Below the pieces are notes generated by a model that searched no databases, was not told the origin of the DNA, and worked only from the letters and a program-made list of their open reading frames with translations. Positions 39,001 through 48,455 of a DNA stretch of 64,000 nt are shown piece by piece. Each line of letters starts with the position of its first letter. The stretch's first letter is position 1. This DNA is from a virus (Duplodnaviria; Heunggongvirae; Uroviricota; Caudoviricetes). The stretch lies in the IMG/VR virus record IMGVR_UViG_3300046522_000748. One strand, 5' to 3'. The position numbers and the translations under genes were made by a program.

Positions 39001-39444
39001 TTATTTTTCATATTGTGGCGTTCCAGTTCCGGTCTGAATGGTTCCAGGGGGCACAAGACTCAGGACTGCCGGGCGATGTGCAGGCTTGGATGGGATCTCG
39101 CCATATTCCTCCTGCGCATAATCAAGCATTGTCGGGAGGGTCTTGGCTAGATCCTGCATCTGCGAGCGCCACAAGCCCTGTGAGCGTTCGTCCAGAAGGC
39201 TGTTTAGATAGGCGCACCCGGTGTATTCACTTTGAATTGTTTGTGGTTTTCTATTCGACTGCTTCTGAAGCCAAGCGGCTGTCATAATATCATCGGGGGT
39301 AAGGTATTTTTCAAAGATGCGTTGTTTGGCGATACGTTGGCTTCGCACCGACCACGGCTGTGATGAAATAGGATGAGAAAACAGGTATTCGCCGGTTACC
39401 TCAAACGCTTTGATGGCATATTTTGGGAAGGAGTGGTCATTCAT
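39001..39444 (-). CDS. Hypothetical protein
   Basis: 147-aa ORF. Confidence 0.55.
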   Translation of the reverse strand: MNDHSFPKYAIKAFEVTGEYLFSHPISSQPWSVRSQRIAKQRIFEKYLTPDDIMTAAWLQKQSNRKPQTIQSEYTGCAYLNSLLDERSQGLWRSQMQDLAKTLPTMLDYAQEEYGEIPSKPAHRPAVLSLVPPGTIQTGTGTPQYEK

Positions 39445-39617
39445 TGAGCATTGAGTCCTTGTTTTCGGTAACTTGCTGTCGGTTGGTCGCTTGACAGTAG
39501 CGTTTCCGAGCCGTCTTTCTGATTACCCTTACGCGGAATTGAGGTGATTACCAGATCAGCGCCCTTTGCTTCCGATAATTCCGTGTATCTGTATAATACA
39601 GCATTTTTGCAGTGGTG

Positions 39618-39827
39618 TTACTCATCACTTGGTTCTTTAACCTGCCATCGAATTCGCGCTCTGGGCGCAATAATGACCTCCAGGCCATTGTAAAAAGGCG
39701 CAGTCTTGCGGGCTTTGATGTGTTTGCGATTAGAAAATCCAATCACCACCGCCCACTCCCGGTCATCGCATTCCACTCTCTTGAATACGTCGCCTAGTGT
39801 CAGTTGATTGGTGGACTTGATGATCAT
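39618..39827 (-). CDS. Small hypothetical protein
   Basis: 69 aa. Confidence 0.5.
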   Translation of the reverse strand: MIIKSTNQLTLGDVFKRVECDDREWAVVIGFSNRKHIKARKTAPFYNGLEVIIAPRARIRWQVKEPSDE

Positions 39828-39876
39828 GGTGCCTCCTTGCGAGCCGCCCTACTCGGGCGGAAATGGCCAGCGGTGG

Positions 39877-40077
39877 TTAGAGGTCTTTCTCTCCGCACTT
39901 TGGGCAGCACAGAATGATGGTGTACAGCTGAAATCCGCCTACGTAATAACCTGCCTGATGGCACATAGTGATTCGTTTGGCTTTGATCGGTGTGATTACC
40001 TGCATGCACGCACGACACTCGCGTGGTGCCACGACCAAATGATCATTGGTGAGATCAGCGTCAGAAACAACCATCAT
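39877..40077 (-). CDS. Small Zn-finger protein
   Basis: CRAC...CCPKC. Confidence 0.5.
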   Translation of the reverse strand: MMVVSDADLTNDHLVVAPRECRACMQVITPIKAKRITMCHQAGYYVGGFQLYTIILCCPKCGEKDL

Positions 40078-40110
40078 TTGCTCCGGGTTATCTGAGATGG
40101 CCGAGATGGA

Positions 40111-40296
40111 TCAGTAGGCTCTCAAGGCTTGCACGTCTGCCGGTAGCCGACTCCATTCTTGCTCAGTAAGGTTCTGAACACCGAAAATTTCTGGCGTTTG
40201 TCTGCTGGAGTAAATTTGTTTCAGGCCATCGTCCCATTGCATAAGGTGGCCCTTATAGGAGATACCAACAACCTCTCCATCTTTGAAAGCGCGCAT
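40111..40296 (-). CDS. Small hypothetical protein (start MRAFKDG)
   Basis: Behind promoter 40327-40365. Confidence 0.55.
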   Translation of the reverse strand: MRAFKDGEVVGISYKGHLMQWDDGLKQIYSSRQTPEIFGVQNLTEQEWSRLPADVQALRAY

Positions 40297-40326
40297 CGCG
40301 TATAAACCTTTTAATATGATTGGGAA

Positions 40327-40365
40327 ATTATAACAAATCCGGACATTGAAGTCAATGCTATTTAC
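40327..40365 (-). promoter_or_regulatory. sigma70 promoter + operator (1 mismatch)
   Basis: TTGACT-N17-TATAAT; gtcaatgctatttac. Confidence 0.8.
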
Positions 40366-40459
40366 TTTTAAGGGCGTGCTGGTTCTGTCGATATGACATT
40401 CTTTTCCGCTCGCTGCCGCGCCACAGGGGGTGATTTTCCGCTGACGCTTGGCTTTGCTT

Positions 40460-40762
40460 TTAGGCAGCCAACAGCGCCCTCTCGCAAAAATCCAGGCGGC
40501 GGATCGCTTCAATGTTGCAGTCCACTGGTTTTTCGCACTCGATGAATGCAAGGTTGAATCGTCGCCCTGTGGGCTGCTTGGCAATGATTTCGGCCTTCAC
40601 CAGCTGCCATACATCGCCACCTGTCAAGCTGAGGCGTACAGGGGCTGGCAGGCCTGCGCCGTGGACGTACCACGCGGCGGAATCCGCCTCAAGCTGGGCG
40701 AGTTCACCTTGTGAGGCCATCAGTGCGGAAATGCATTTTTGTTGACGAGAATTAAGGATCAT
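40460..40762 (-). CDS. Hypothetical protein
   Basis: 100 aa behind promoter 40791-40818. Confidence 0.55.
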   Translation of the reverse strand: MILNSRQQKCISALMASQGELAQLEADSAAWYVHGAGLPAPVRLSLTGGDVWQLVKAEIIAKQPTGRRFNLAFIECEKPVDCNIEAIRRLDFCERALLAA

Positions 40763-40790
40763 GAGAACACTATGGATTGGAAAGGCGATT

Positions 40791-40818
40791 ATTATAGTGA
40801 GTCTCGCTCAATTGTCAA
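40791..40818 (-). promoter_or_regulatory. sigma70 promoter, palindrome incomplete
   Basis: TTGACA-N16-TATAAT. Confidence 0.7.
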
Positions 40819-40884
40819 TATAATATGCCATAAATAGCAATGTTGTCCCCCAGGAAAGCTCCGGGGGTGTTCGAGACTGCTTTA

Positions 40885-41889
40885 TCAGCCTATGGATGGC
40901 TGATTGGAGTAAAGGTGAAGGGCTTTCTCCTGCCTCATCTTCACAGGCTCTCGCTCAAACATCGAGGCCTCAGGAAAGCATGCATTGCGTGCAAGATCTA
41001 GCTTCTCGTGCAAATCATCAAGGTCAATCCGGTTGTCTGTCGTGTCGTTAATGCACACTGACAGTTTCACGCCAAGTGCGTCCATTAGTTCGGCACTCAC
41101 ATCGCGTTGCTCGACATGATCGGTATACAGATAAAGCGATTGATCGTAACGGATATCAGAACGTCCTGAGGTCGCGCACCAGTCAGGATAGACGTTTGCG
41201 AGTATGCTCTGGCCAAACACGCGACGGAATTTTTCTGATCTGACTTCATGAAACATGTCCGGGTGTAGTGTTTCCAGTTCTTGCATCCAGCCTTTTTTGA
41301 TGCCTTTAGGGGTGTGTTCTGGCAGATAATCAAGTTTTGATTCACCGTAATGTTCAATCATCCACAGCTTCGCGTTTAGTGCATCGTTACCACCGGCCAA
41401 ATTACCCACTGAGTTCACTTCTGGAAGGCGTTCGTTCGTCAGGTATACACGAGATCCTTTTTCACCGAAAAAGTCGTCAAATTGAACGTGACGGCTCAGA
41501 AACACGTCGTCGTTGAAGGCCACGAAATGCTCGCTGAGTCCCGGTATTTTGTGCAGGGCCGATTCAATGACTCGGGATGAGAACGTCGGCAGGTAGCATT
41601 CATCGAGTATTTGAGTGTGATCAATGATTTTGATACGTGGATTGTCGTTCAGAAATTCCGGACGTTGATTGTCAGTTACGATAAAGATATTGCCCTGGAA
41701 CGGCCAGAATTGCTCGATGGAGCGCAGAAGAAACTTCAGCTCTCCGTTATCCCGGTAGCGGCCTTCAACATTTGAGGTTGAAAGTGTCGAAGCGAGGTTT
41801 CCGTTTTCAGAACGCTCTCTTTTTTGTCTCCAAACAGGATCGTTCCCGTTTACCCAGGTAATGACGGCATCTACTCTCATTATGATCAC
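40885..41889 (-). CDS. Stealth-family hexose-1-phosphate transferase (CpsY/XcbA-like)
   Basis: CR1 DAVITWVNGND; CR2 RYRDNGELKFLLRSI...LPTFSSRVIE..LHKIPGLSEHFVAFNDDVF; CR4 CIND. Confidence 0.92.
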   Translation of the reverse strand: MIIMRVDAVITWVNGNDPVWRQKRERSENGNLASTLSTSNVEGRYRDNGELKFLLRSIEQFWPFQGNIFIVTDNQRPEFLNDNPRIKIIDHTQILDECYLPTFSSRVIESALHKIPGLSEHFVAFNDDVFLSRHVQFDDFFGEKGSRVYLTNERLPEVNSVGNLAGGNDALNAKLWMIEHYGESKLDYLPEHTPKGIKKGWMQELETLHPDMFHEVRSEKFRRVFGQSILANVYPDWCATSGRSDIRYDQSLYLYTDHVEQRDVSAELMDALGVKLSVCINDTTDNRIDLDDLHEKLDLARNACFPEASMFEREPVKMRQEKALHLYSNQPSIG

Positions 41890-41962
41890 TCGTTTTATTT
41901 TTATTATATGGACATTGTAACATCCAACTTATCATAATATGACCATTATTTAATAGAAGGAG

Positions 41963-42703
41963 TTGATTATGAGAACCCCTGTTCTTAGAACACACAGTCC
42001 CATTGTTAAGATTGAAAACACTGAGTTAGTCTCGCATGCCGATATCAGTGGTGATGGAGATTTCGTTCTTACCACATTCAAAAAACAGTTTTTCTGGGTG
42101 CGTACCGCTGAGGCTTCAGTGTATCTTTACCATGATGAGCAATTTATTAATCACCTGGAAACATTTTCTACGGATTCTTATGATAAGCATTTGAAGTGCC
42201 TTGATTCAGCCATTGAATACGCCAAGGCGTTTTGTCAAAAACATGGAGTTACTTCCACAAGTAACATTAGGGTTGCTGTGCAACTTATAATTGACGACAT
42301 CCCTGCGGTATTCGACATGTCTGCATATGCGAAGATTATTATGGATGCGCCTTTCTACTGGAGAAAGCAAATAACGTACAAAGTTTTCGATGGTGGACAT
42401 GATCTTGTATCTAACAATTGTGCCACGTGCTCTTTTGCTTACGATAATAATGGTGAGGGGGCTAATTCCATCCGAACATGGTTAAATAGTTGGAATAGCG
42501 ATGCTGAACACATGAACGGCGATGCCATTCCATGGGTCGAGAAAACCTGTGTGCTTAATGATCTGTATTTCTGGGATAGCCGTCTTCATTTAGAGGATCA
42601 AGAGGCAATTAGCGCATTGCAGGCTGACATCGAGTCCCGGCGCAACGTTCCGAATCTTCTGCAAGAGCTTTTGGTTATTTACGATGCCAAGAGAGATGGC
42701 TGA
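41963..42703 (+). CDS. Hypothetical protein, counter-oriented
   Basis: 246-aa ORF. Confidence 0.65.
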   Translation: MIMRTPVLRTHSPIVKIENTELVSHADISGDGDFVLTTFKKQFFWVRTAEASVYLYHDEQFINHLETFSTDSYDKHLKCLDSAIEYAKAFCQKHGVTSTSNIRVAVQLIIDDIPAVFDMSAYAKIIMDAPFYWRKQITYKVFDGGHDLVSNNCATCSFAYDNNGEGANSIRTWLNSWNSDAEHMNGDAIPWVEKTCVLNDLYFWDSRLHLEDQEAISALQADIESRRNVPNLLQELLVIYDAKRDG

Positions 42704-42877
42704 CTCTTGTGATGATGACAAAATTATGTAACTTCAGATGGTGCCCCTCCCCCAAAGGAGTACCTCTTTAGGCTTTCACCTTAAGAGGTTGAAGCGAACA
42801 GCTTGGCTATCCGCCTCAAGGCTCTGTCAAATCATGTGATCTAATCGCTCAGAAGGACGCTTTTAACCCTTGTCACA

Positions 42878-43495
42878 TCAAGCAAGCACACCTTGCAATG
42901 GTGAGATTTTCACCTTTGCATAGTGCTCCAGCAGATGTTCTTCAGGCAGTTGAGGCTCAAAGCCAATGTCCATTCCGAATTGTGTGCGGAACTGCTCGCA
43001 CACCGCATCCAAATGCTTCTGAAGCTGCGCCGCCAACTCTGGCTTGTTGTGCTCGTTCAGCTGGTAAATGCCGAATGCCACGTTTGAGAGATAGCTTTTC
43101 AAACAGGTGCCCGAGAGGATATGGCCACCCTCTTCCACCGCATTTTGAATTTCCTCGCGGCTCTCAAAGTGACGGCGGGCAATCCAGTTAGCGTTGTCGC
43201 TGATTTGCCCAAAATGGGCGACTGGATATTGGTTGTGCCACGTCTTGCCATTCGAATCGCGCAACACGTAACCGGGCGCTGTGCGGTCTTCACTGTACTC
43301 GACGGGGGACTGGTGCTCCATCAAAGATTCCAGATCAAAGATGTCGATGCGCAGCAGCTTATGCTCCCAGGGAAGATAAGTGCTTGGGGTCAAGCCGTTG
43401 TTATTACTCCGGCCATTTCCGAATTGAAAGCGAACGAAGATGAAGGGGTGCTTCTGGCCAACCTCAAAACGCTGTTCAGACATGTCGATATCCAT
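42878..43495 (-). CDS. Hypothetical protein, paralogue family A
   Basis: RFEVG..PF, PWEHKL..IDI, WHNQYP. Confidence 0.8.
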   Translation of the reverse strand: MDIDMSEQRFEVGQKHPFIFVRFQFGNGRSNNNGLTPSTYLPWEHKLLRIDIFDLESLMEHQSPVEYSEDRTAPGYVLRDSNGKTWHNQYPVAHFGQISDNANWIARRHFESREEIQNAVEEGGHILSGTCLKSYLSNVAFGIYQLNEHNKPELAAQLQKHLDAVCEQFRTQFGMDIGFEPQLPEEHLLEHYAKVKISPLQGVLA

Positions 43496-43549
43496 ATGGG
43501 AGAAAAGTGGAAGTTTGGCCTGCCGCTCTGGGTGCAGCAGGTTTGGGAT

Positions 43550-43942
43550 TCAGATGACTTCTTCAAGACCTTCGCGAGAAATCAGTTGAGCGCTTGCCCA
43601 ATCACCACCATGCAGTTGCAGGAGGCGACCGTCTTTGTACTCAATGATGATGCGTTCATCGCCCCAGGTGAGATCGGCGCCAGTGTTGTCTTTGTGGCGC
43701 TGAAAGCCTTTGTTGGTGTTTTCAAGACGATCAACCGTGCGATTGAGATCATCAACGGCCTTGGTTTTCTTTTCGTCGTGATACCAATAGCCAGTGGCGA
43801 ATGTGGCTTTCACTTCTGGGCCGAACAATGCCTTCGAAATCTCAGTCAGCGGCTTGCTTTTTTTGATCAACATGCTGCTAGCGGTCATGAAAGACTCCTG
43901 TTGGACTTGAACACGGTTTTGTGTTCGACGTACCAAAATCAA
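43550..43942 (-). CDS. Hypothetical protein
   Basis: Behind promoter 43957-43985; true start may be downstream. Confidence 0.5.
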   Translation of the reverse strand: MILVRRTQNRVQVQQESFMTASSMLIKKSKPLTEISKALFGPEVKATFATGYWYHDEKKTKAVDDLNRTVDRLENTNKGFQRHKDNTGADLTWGDERIIIEYKDGRLLQLHGGDWASAQLISREGLEEVI

Positions 43943-43956
43943 AATTTATGCGTTAG

Positions 43957-43985
43957 AGTATAGTGAACCTTGAGACAAATGTCAA
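43957..43985 (-). promoter_or_regulatory. sigma70 promoter, palindrome incomplete
   Basis: TTGACA-N17-TATACT. Confidence 0.7.
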
Positions 43986-44524
43986 TGACACAAACATTAG
44001 TATCTACTCATCATTATTTCATTACCCATGAGTACGCCCGGTGGACGGTAGTGTCTGCTTTGCGTCGCGGCGCAATTCGGAGTAAATCCGCCATTTACTC
44101 GGCCTTGATCAAAGTGGATTTTTCGCCTCTTTTCGACTTGTCGTTGGGCGTTATCGATGAAAATGAATTTTCACAATGGCATGACAATGCCTTGACCGTC
44201 CTAGTCGGCACTGCTGGGCTGGAGAATCAATACGGCTGGGCAGCTAAGATACTGAATGTCTACCTCAAGACCACTGTCTACGTCGCAGGCCTTGGTCGAT
44301 CAGGCTTGATTGAATTGGTTCATCCCCCCATCGACACCGGGCTTTGGGGTGGCTTGCGGGAGCAGTTTCCTGGTCATGATGTGTTGCGTCAGACACATCG
44401 TGTTCAGGCAATTGTGGGTATTGCCAATTTGGCCATCTATCACGACATCATTGATGGGATGAAGCAGATGGCCAATATGCGTCAGTGCCTGCTGATCGAG
44501 CTGGAGCAGTTCTGGCTCAATTAG
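43970..44524 (+). CDS. Hypothetical protein
   Basis: AAKILNVYLK...HPPID motif; 184 aa. Confidence 0.6.
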   Translation: MRQMSMTQTLVSTHHYFITHEYARWTVVSALRRGAIRSKSAIYSALIKVDFSPLFDLSLGVIDENEFSQWHDNALTVLVGTAGLENQYGWAAKILNVYLKTTVYVAGLGRSGLIELVHPPIDTGLWGGLREQFPGHDVLRQTHRVQAIVGIANLAIYHDIIDGMKQMANMRQCLLIELEQFWLN

Positions 44525-45575
44525 CGACTATTGCAGTGCCTTGATGCCCCAGGCTGTCCATCAGGCTCACAATCTCATCATGATGCACCAGATGGACTTT
44601 GTTACGCGTTGCAACTGTCCTGGCTGCTTTGGTGTAACTGGCGTTCGACACCACCACGGCAGCCTGACACTGGTAAAAGTCTTTTGCCGTGTATGCTTCT
44701 TGTACACTGCTGTTCCCGACAGGCGATGAGTACAGCTTGCATTGAATGGCGACTTGAAAGCCACCTTTGTTGGCAATGATATCCGCGCCATGATCCCCCG
44801 TTGCCGGTGTCAGCGTGGCCTGCCACCCTGCTGTCTCCAGAAGCCCGGCGACAAATGACTCGTAATCAATGCCTGTAATCACATCGCTCATTGTCAGCGC
44901 CACAACCTCGGCGGAGACATATGGCACCATGTCATTGATCATTTGATGCCAATGAGCTGGGGGTTTGTCATACACCCCATAAGTATCAATGGAGATAAAG
45001 GCCACACGAGCGACAAAATAATTGGCTTCCTTGCGCCAGTCCGACTCGCGCAGCACGTCATACTCATCAATGAACGTGCCCTGACTGCGTTTTCGGCTCA
45101 GCAGCAGAAAGTGTTTTTGCACCAGCTCGGAAAACTCGGCGTTGGCCAGATCTTCGACGACCTTTGCAAAGTCCTGTTTGAACCGCACTTGCGCCGCATC
45201 GAAGCTGTCCTCATTACGACAATGCCAAACATTAAGCCGTCGAAACGCTACGTTGTCCGATCTTGGGGCTGCCAAATACTCTTGCCTCAATGTCCTGTAG
45301 CGGGATGAGACGCTGTAGACGTACATGACCAATCGTGTCAGATAAAACGCAGGCAAAAACAGCAGAATGACACCCAAGGCAATGACAAGCTGGGTTTCGT
45401 ACGCGCTCACTATCGACTTGAACAGGATCAGGATAACCCAAATAATCCCGGCGCCCAGAGTATGCCAAAGTGGTTGGCGCAGCTCGCAGTCAAGTTTGAC
45501 GTAAATGGCTACCAGGACGACTGTAATCAGTCCAACGGTAGCAACTAGCGCTGGTGTTATTTCAAGTGCCGACAT
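44517..45575 (-). CDS. Membrane protein with C-terminal Mrr_cat endonuclease domain
   Basis: 3 N-terminal TMs; GIDYESFV...GDHGADII...AIQCKLYSSPVGNSSVQEA. Confidence 0.88.
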   Translation of the reverse strand: MSALEITPALVATVGLITVVLVAIYVKLDCELRQPLWHTLGAGIIWVILILFKSIVSAYETQLVIALGVILLFLPAFYLTRLVMYVYSVSSRYRTLRQEYLAAPRSDNVAFRRLNVWHCRNEDSFDAAQVRFKQDFAKVVEDLANAEFSELVQKHFLLLSRKRSQGTFIDEYDVLRESDWRKEANYFVARVAFISIDTYGVYDKPPAHWHQMINDMVPYVSAEVVALTMSDVITGIDYESFVAGLLETAGWQATLTPATGDHGADIIANKGGFQVAIQCKLYSSPVGNSSVQEAYTAKDFYQCQAAVVVSNASYTKAARTVATRNKVHLVHHDEIVSLMDSLGHQGTAIVAN

Positions 45576-45623
45576 ACCGCGTCCTTGTTACGAAGAGAAA
45601 GACGACATTACCGCATGCATCCT

Positions 45624-46409
45624 CTACAGCTCAACTGGAGGTACGGCCTTGATGTCCTTCTCATAGGTTTCCTGATCTGGGAAAAAGGTGTCGTGCCGAC
45701 TCATAACTTCAACCAGATGAGTGCATCGATACGATTTTCCTTCCTGCTCAAGCGCCATCATTTTACCAATGGCGGAATTCGGATCGGTGTACAGGTCATA
45801 CCCGCCTTTCCAATACAATGCGCAGGCTTCCTCAACAAACTCTTTGTAGGCCGTCATGTCGAGCAACGATTTTGCGGTGTCGATGTCGCCGGTTTCCAAT
45901 GCTTGCAGTGCTTCATTCATCCGCACCAACAAACCACGGTAGTCTTTATGCAACTCTGATTGGTGGCTGAAAGCTGCATCCAGGTAACCGTCCACACTGT
46001 CGGCGAACAGGTGCGCTTCAAATGGCGAAGTGAAGAGTCTGGCAAATGCCAATCCCCATGGTCGGCCTAGCGCTTCTCCGTCCACGTTTTTCGGGCAAAT
46101 TCGAACAGACCAGCCTTCAAGATCCCACACGACAACCGTCCAATTGCTGTTCGGTCGCATGTGATCCAGTTTCGGCATTCCAGGCACATCAGAGGTGTCA
46201 CCCGTAACACCATGTTCTTTCATGTGGGCAGCACTGGGCACACCAATGGAAAATGTCGGCACCAGTTGACGGAGAATGACGATTGTTCGATTGCAGCAGG
46301 GTGTTACCTCAAACGACTGTTCCGGCGAATCAGCGTTGTACTCAGGGGTGATGACCGCATTGCAATGTGGGCAGTTGTAATCTTCCATTAGGCGCCTCAA
46401 GGGGTACAA
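45624..46409 (-). CDS. Hypothetical protein with N-terminal Zn ribbon
   Basis: CPHC...PCC. Confidence 0.65.
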   Translation of the reverse strand: MYPLRRLMEDYNCPHCNAVITPEYNADSPEQSFEVTPCCNRTIVILRQLVPTFSIGVPSAAHMKEHGVTGDTSDVPGMPKLDHMRPNSNWTVVVWDLEGWSVRICPKNVDGEALGRPWGLAFARLFTSPFEAHLFADSVDGYLDAAFSHQSELHKDYRGLLVRMNEALQALETGDIDTAKSLLDMTAYKEFVEEACALYWKGGYDLYTDPNSAIGKMMALEQEGKSYRCTHLVEVMSRHDTFFPDQETYEKDIKAVPPVEL

Positions 46410-46428
46410 GTTAAATTTGGTTTTAATA

Positions 46429-46845
46429 TTAGGAGGCGAGCGCGTCTTCTACAGCTTTCAGCGAGCCTTCAAAATAGCCGTTCTCATAATCACCTTTGAG
46501 GTAGGCGTAATACACCGGCTTGCCCTCACGAATGAGCAGCCCGATCCGAGGATCGGAAATGGCCAGCGGTCGGTGGCTCTCTTGGGCTTCTTCCTTGAGA
46601 ACGATGGACTCTTCGAAGTACTCATCGTCAAGCGTGCCGGAGCCAAGTTCCTCTTCTCGGAGCCAGACTATGGTGCATTTGCCAAATGGAATGAACCCTG
46701 AGCGAGCAGCTGCCCGAGGGGTGTCCTGACGATAAGCCTGTGCAATAATCTGCCGAGCTTCTGTCTTGTTCTTGGCATCGACGTAATCTTCTTGACCCTG
46801 ACCTTCAGGCGAGTCCAGACGATAAAACAATCTGAGCATGATCAT
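46429..46845 (-). CDS. Hypothetical protein (start MIMLRLF)
   Basis: AGGA RBS. Confidence 0.6.
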   Translation of the reverse strand: MIMLRLFYRLDSPEGQGQEDYVDAKNKTEARQIIAQAYRQDTPRAAARSGFIPFGKCTIVWLREEELGSGTLDDEYFEESIVLKEEAQESHRPLAISDPRIGLLIREGKPVYYAYLKGDYENGYFEGSLKAVEDALAS

Positions 46846-46894
46846 GTCCTTTGGCAAAGCAGGGGCGCAGTTCATGCGCCCCTGTGGGTATGGG

Positions 46895-48367
46895 TTAGAC
46901 GCTGACCGAAATGGTGCCTTTGTTCATGTCGATCCAAACGTCCATGTAGTCACGCAGTTCCACTGCCTTGTCCCACATGATGATAGGTACATCCAGCTCG
47001 CGTCCTACAGTCGCCATGTGCGCCAGCGGCCCGCCTGTGATGCAGATGATCGCGCAGCCGTGCTTGGCAGCGGAGCGCAGTGCTGCATCGAACTGGACAC
47101 CGGCATGTGCAATGACGCCGATCTGCCCTTTGTTCAGTGTCTCACCCGGCTCCAGGCGTTTTACCTTGCCATTGATCGAAGCTTTGCTGGATTTGCTGAG
47201 TACAGCGAATTCAAAATTCATCAGCTCGCGGGCCAGCTTCTGACGCAGAACGTAGGAGCTGTCGGAAACATCCTTTTGAGCCGCGTAGAAGTTTTCAGGA
47301 TTGAAACCGGCACCGATTACCCAGTCATTGTGATAGGCGTTGTCGTTCATCATTTTCATGCCTGGAGGGCTCACCCGAGTCCACTCAGGTGCCACGCCAA
47401 AGGCTTCAGCACGCACATCGCCCAGCGACCACAGCAAAAATGGGGCTTTAGGCACTTGCACGTAGCTGTCAGGCGCTGCGTCGTAGTGACGCGAAGACGC
47501 TTCTTTGAAAACTGGCAAGCGCATCCAGCCGTCACCGTCGATGGGGCCTGCTTGGGCGACAATTTTTGCTCGCAGCTCGGCTACGCCCTCTTCGTATTCT
47601 TTTGCCAGCAATTCGTCACGAGCGGCATAATCGTCCCAGCACAGGCCACGGTCTTTTCGCAGAAAGGATTTGTAGCCTTCCGGGTTGTCGCGAATCATGT
47701 CCAGAATTTCGGTGTCGGCCCCGTTCACCTGAATGCGGCGATGCTCCACGTAATCGGCCAATGCCTTGGACTGGTCGTGATGCGGCGACATCCACACCGG
47801 GTAGTCATCGCACGGCGCCCACAGGACGATCCACTCGGCTGGATTTTCTTCATCCCGCAGGTCAACACGCTGCGTGGTCGCCTCCAGGCTATTCGGCAGG
47901 GTAATGTGGTAAGGAATGCCGCTGGTGCCTGCGTAATACTTGGCACGCCAATACAGGAATTCACGGGAGTCAGATGCAGAGCATTCCTCGCTGGCGAACT
48001 TGTGGTCTTCCACGCCGAGCGCTTCGATGCGCCATGATGGGCGATAAACCCGGCCTTCATGCTTGAGCAGGCCGCTGTACTGGAAGGCCAGGGTTTCGAG
48101 GTATCCGGCAACCGCATCGCTGTTGATGTCGTCGTCTGCCAGAGTAACACCTGCTTCGGAGCTGGAGTTGCCGACGAATTTCTTTTCACCTTTGAGAATG
48201 GCGTAAGCGATTTCGTGGGTGCAGCCACCGATATCCTCGATCATCAAGTTCAGCGCGCCGCGCCAGTCGTTGGACAGAACGCGGTGGCGCAAATGATCAG
48301 TCAGCCACTCGCCGCAAATCGAGAATGCTACAGACTTCATTTCAGTGCGTGCAGTGGCTTTGCTCAT
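46895..48367 (-). CDS. Unknown N-terminal region fused to PEP-utiliser mobile (phospho-His) domain
   Basis: C-terminal AIICITGGPLAHMATVGRELDVPII. Confidence 0.8.
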   Translation of the reverse strand: MSKATARTEMKSVAFSICGEWLTDHLRHRVLSNDWRGALNLMIEDIGGCTHEIAYAILKGEKKFVGNSSSEAGVTLADDDINSDAVAGYLETLAFQYSGLLKHEGRVYRPSWRIEALGVEDHKFASEECSASDSREFLYWRAKYYAGTSGIPYHITLPNSLEATTQRVDLRDEENPAEWIVLWAPCDDYPVWMSPHHDQSKALADYVEHRRIQVNGADTEILDMIRDNPEGYKSFLRKDRGLCWDDYAARDELLAKEYEEGVAELRAKIVAQAGPIDGDGWMRLPVFKEASSRHYDAAPDSYVQVPKAPFLLWSLGDVRAEAFGVAPEWTRVSPPGMKMMNDNAYHNDWVIGAGFNPENFYAAQKDVSDSSYVLRQKLARELMNFEFAVLSKSSKASINGKVKRLEPGETLNKGQIGVIAHAGVQFDAALRSAAKHGCAIICITGGPLAHMATVGRELDVPIIMWDKAVELRDYMDVWIDMNKGTISVSV

Positions 48368-48400
48368 GTTCGAGATTCCGTGAATGTTTTTGATGTGTCC

Positions 48401-48439
48401 ATGATAGCCATTCTATTTAGAATTGTCAATCACAATGAC
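48401..48439 (-). promoter_or_regulatory. sigma70 promoter + operator
   Basis: TTGACA-N17-TATCAT; gtcaatcacaatgac. Confidence 0.8.
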
Positions 48440-48455
48440 ACTTGCAGCCGAAGAG

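Noticed and set aside
42739-42764. tRNA 3'-end/att remnant (rc GGGGAGGGGCACCA)
   Set aside because: No T-loop, no second copy and no integrase nearby.
46838-48037. Long plus-strand ORFs (46838-48037, 43121-43963, 40-246 and similar)
   Set aside because: Antisense shadows of well-supported minus-strand genes; no RBS or recognisable motifs.
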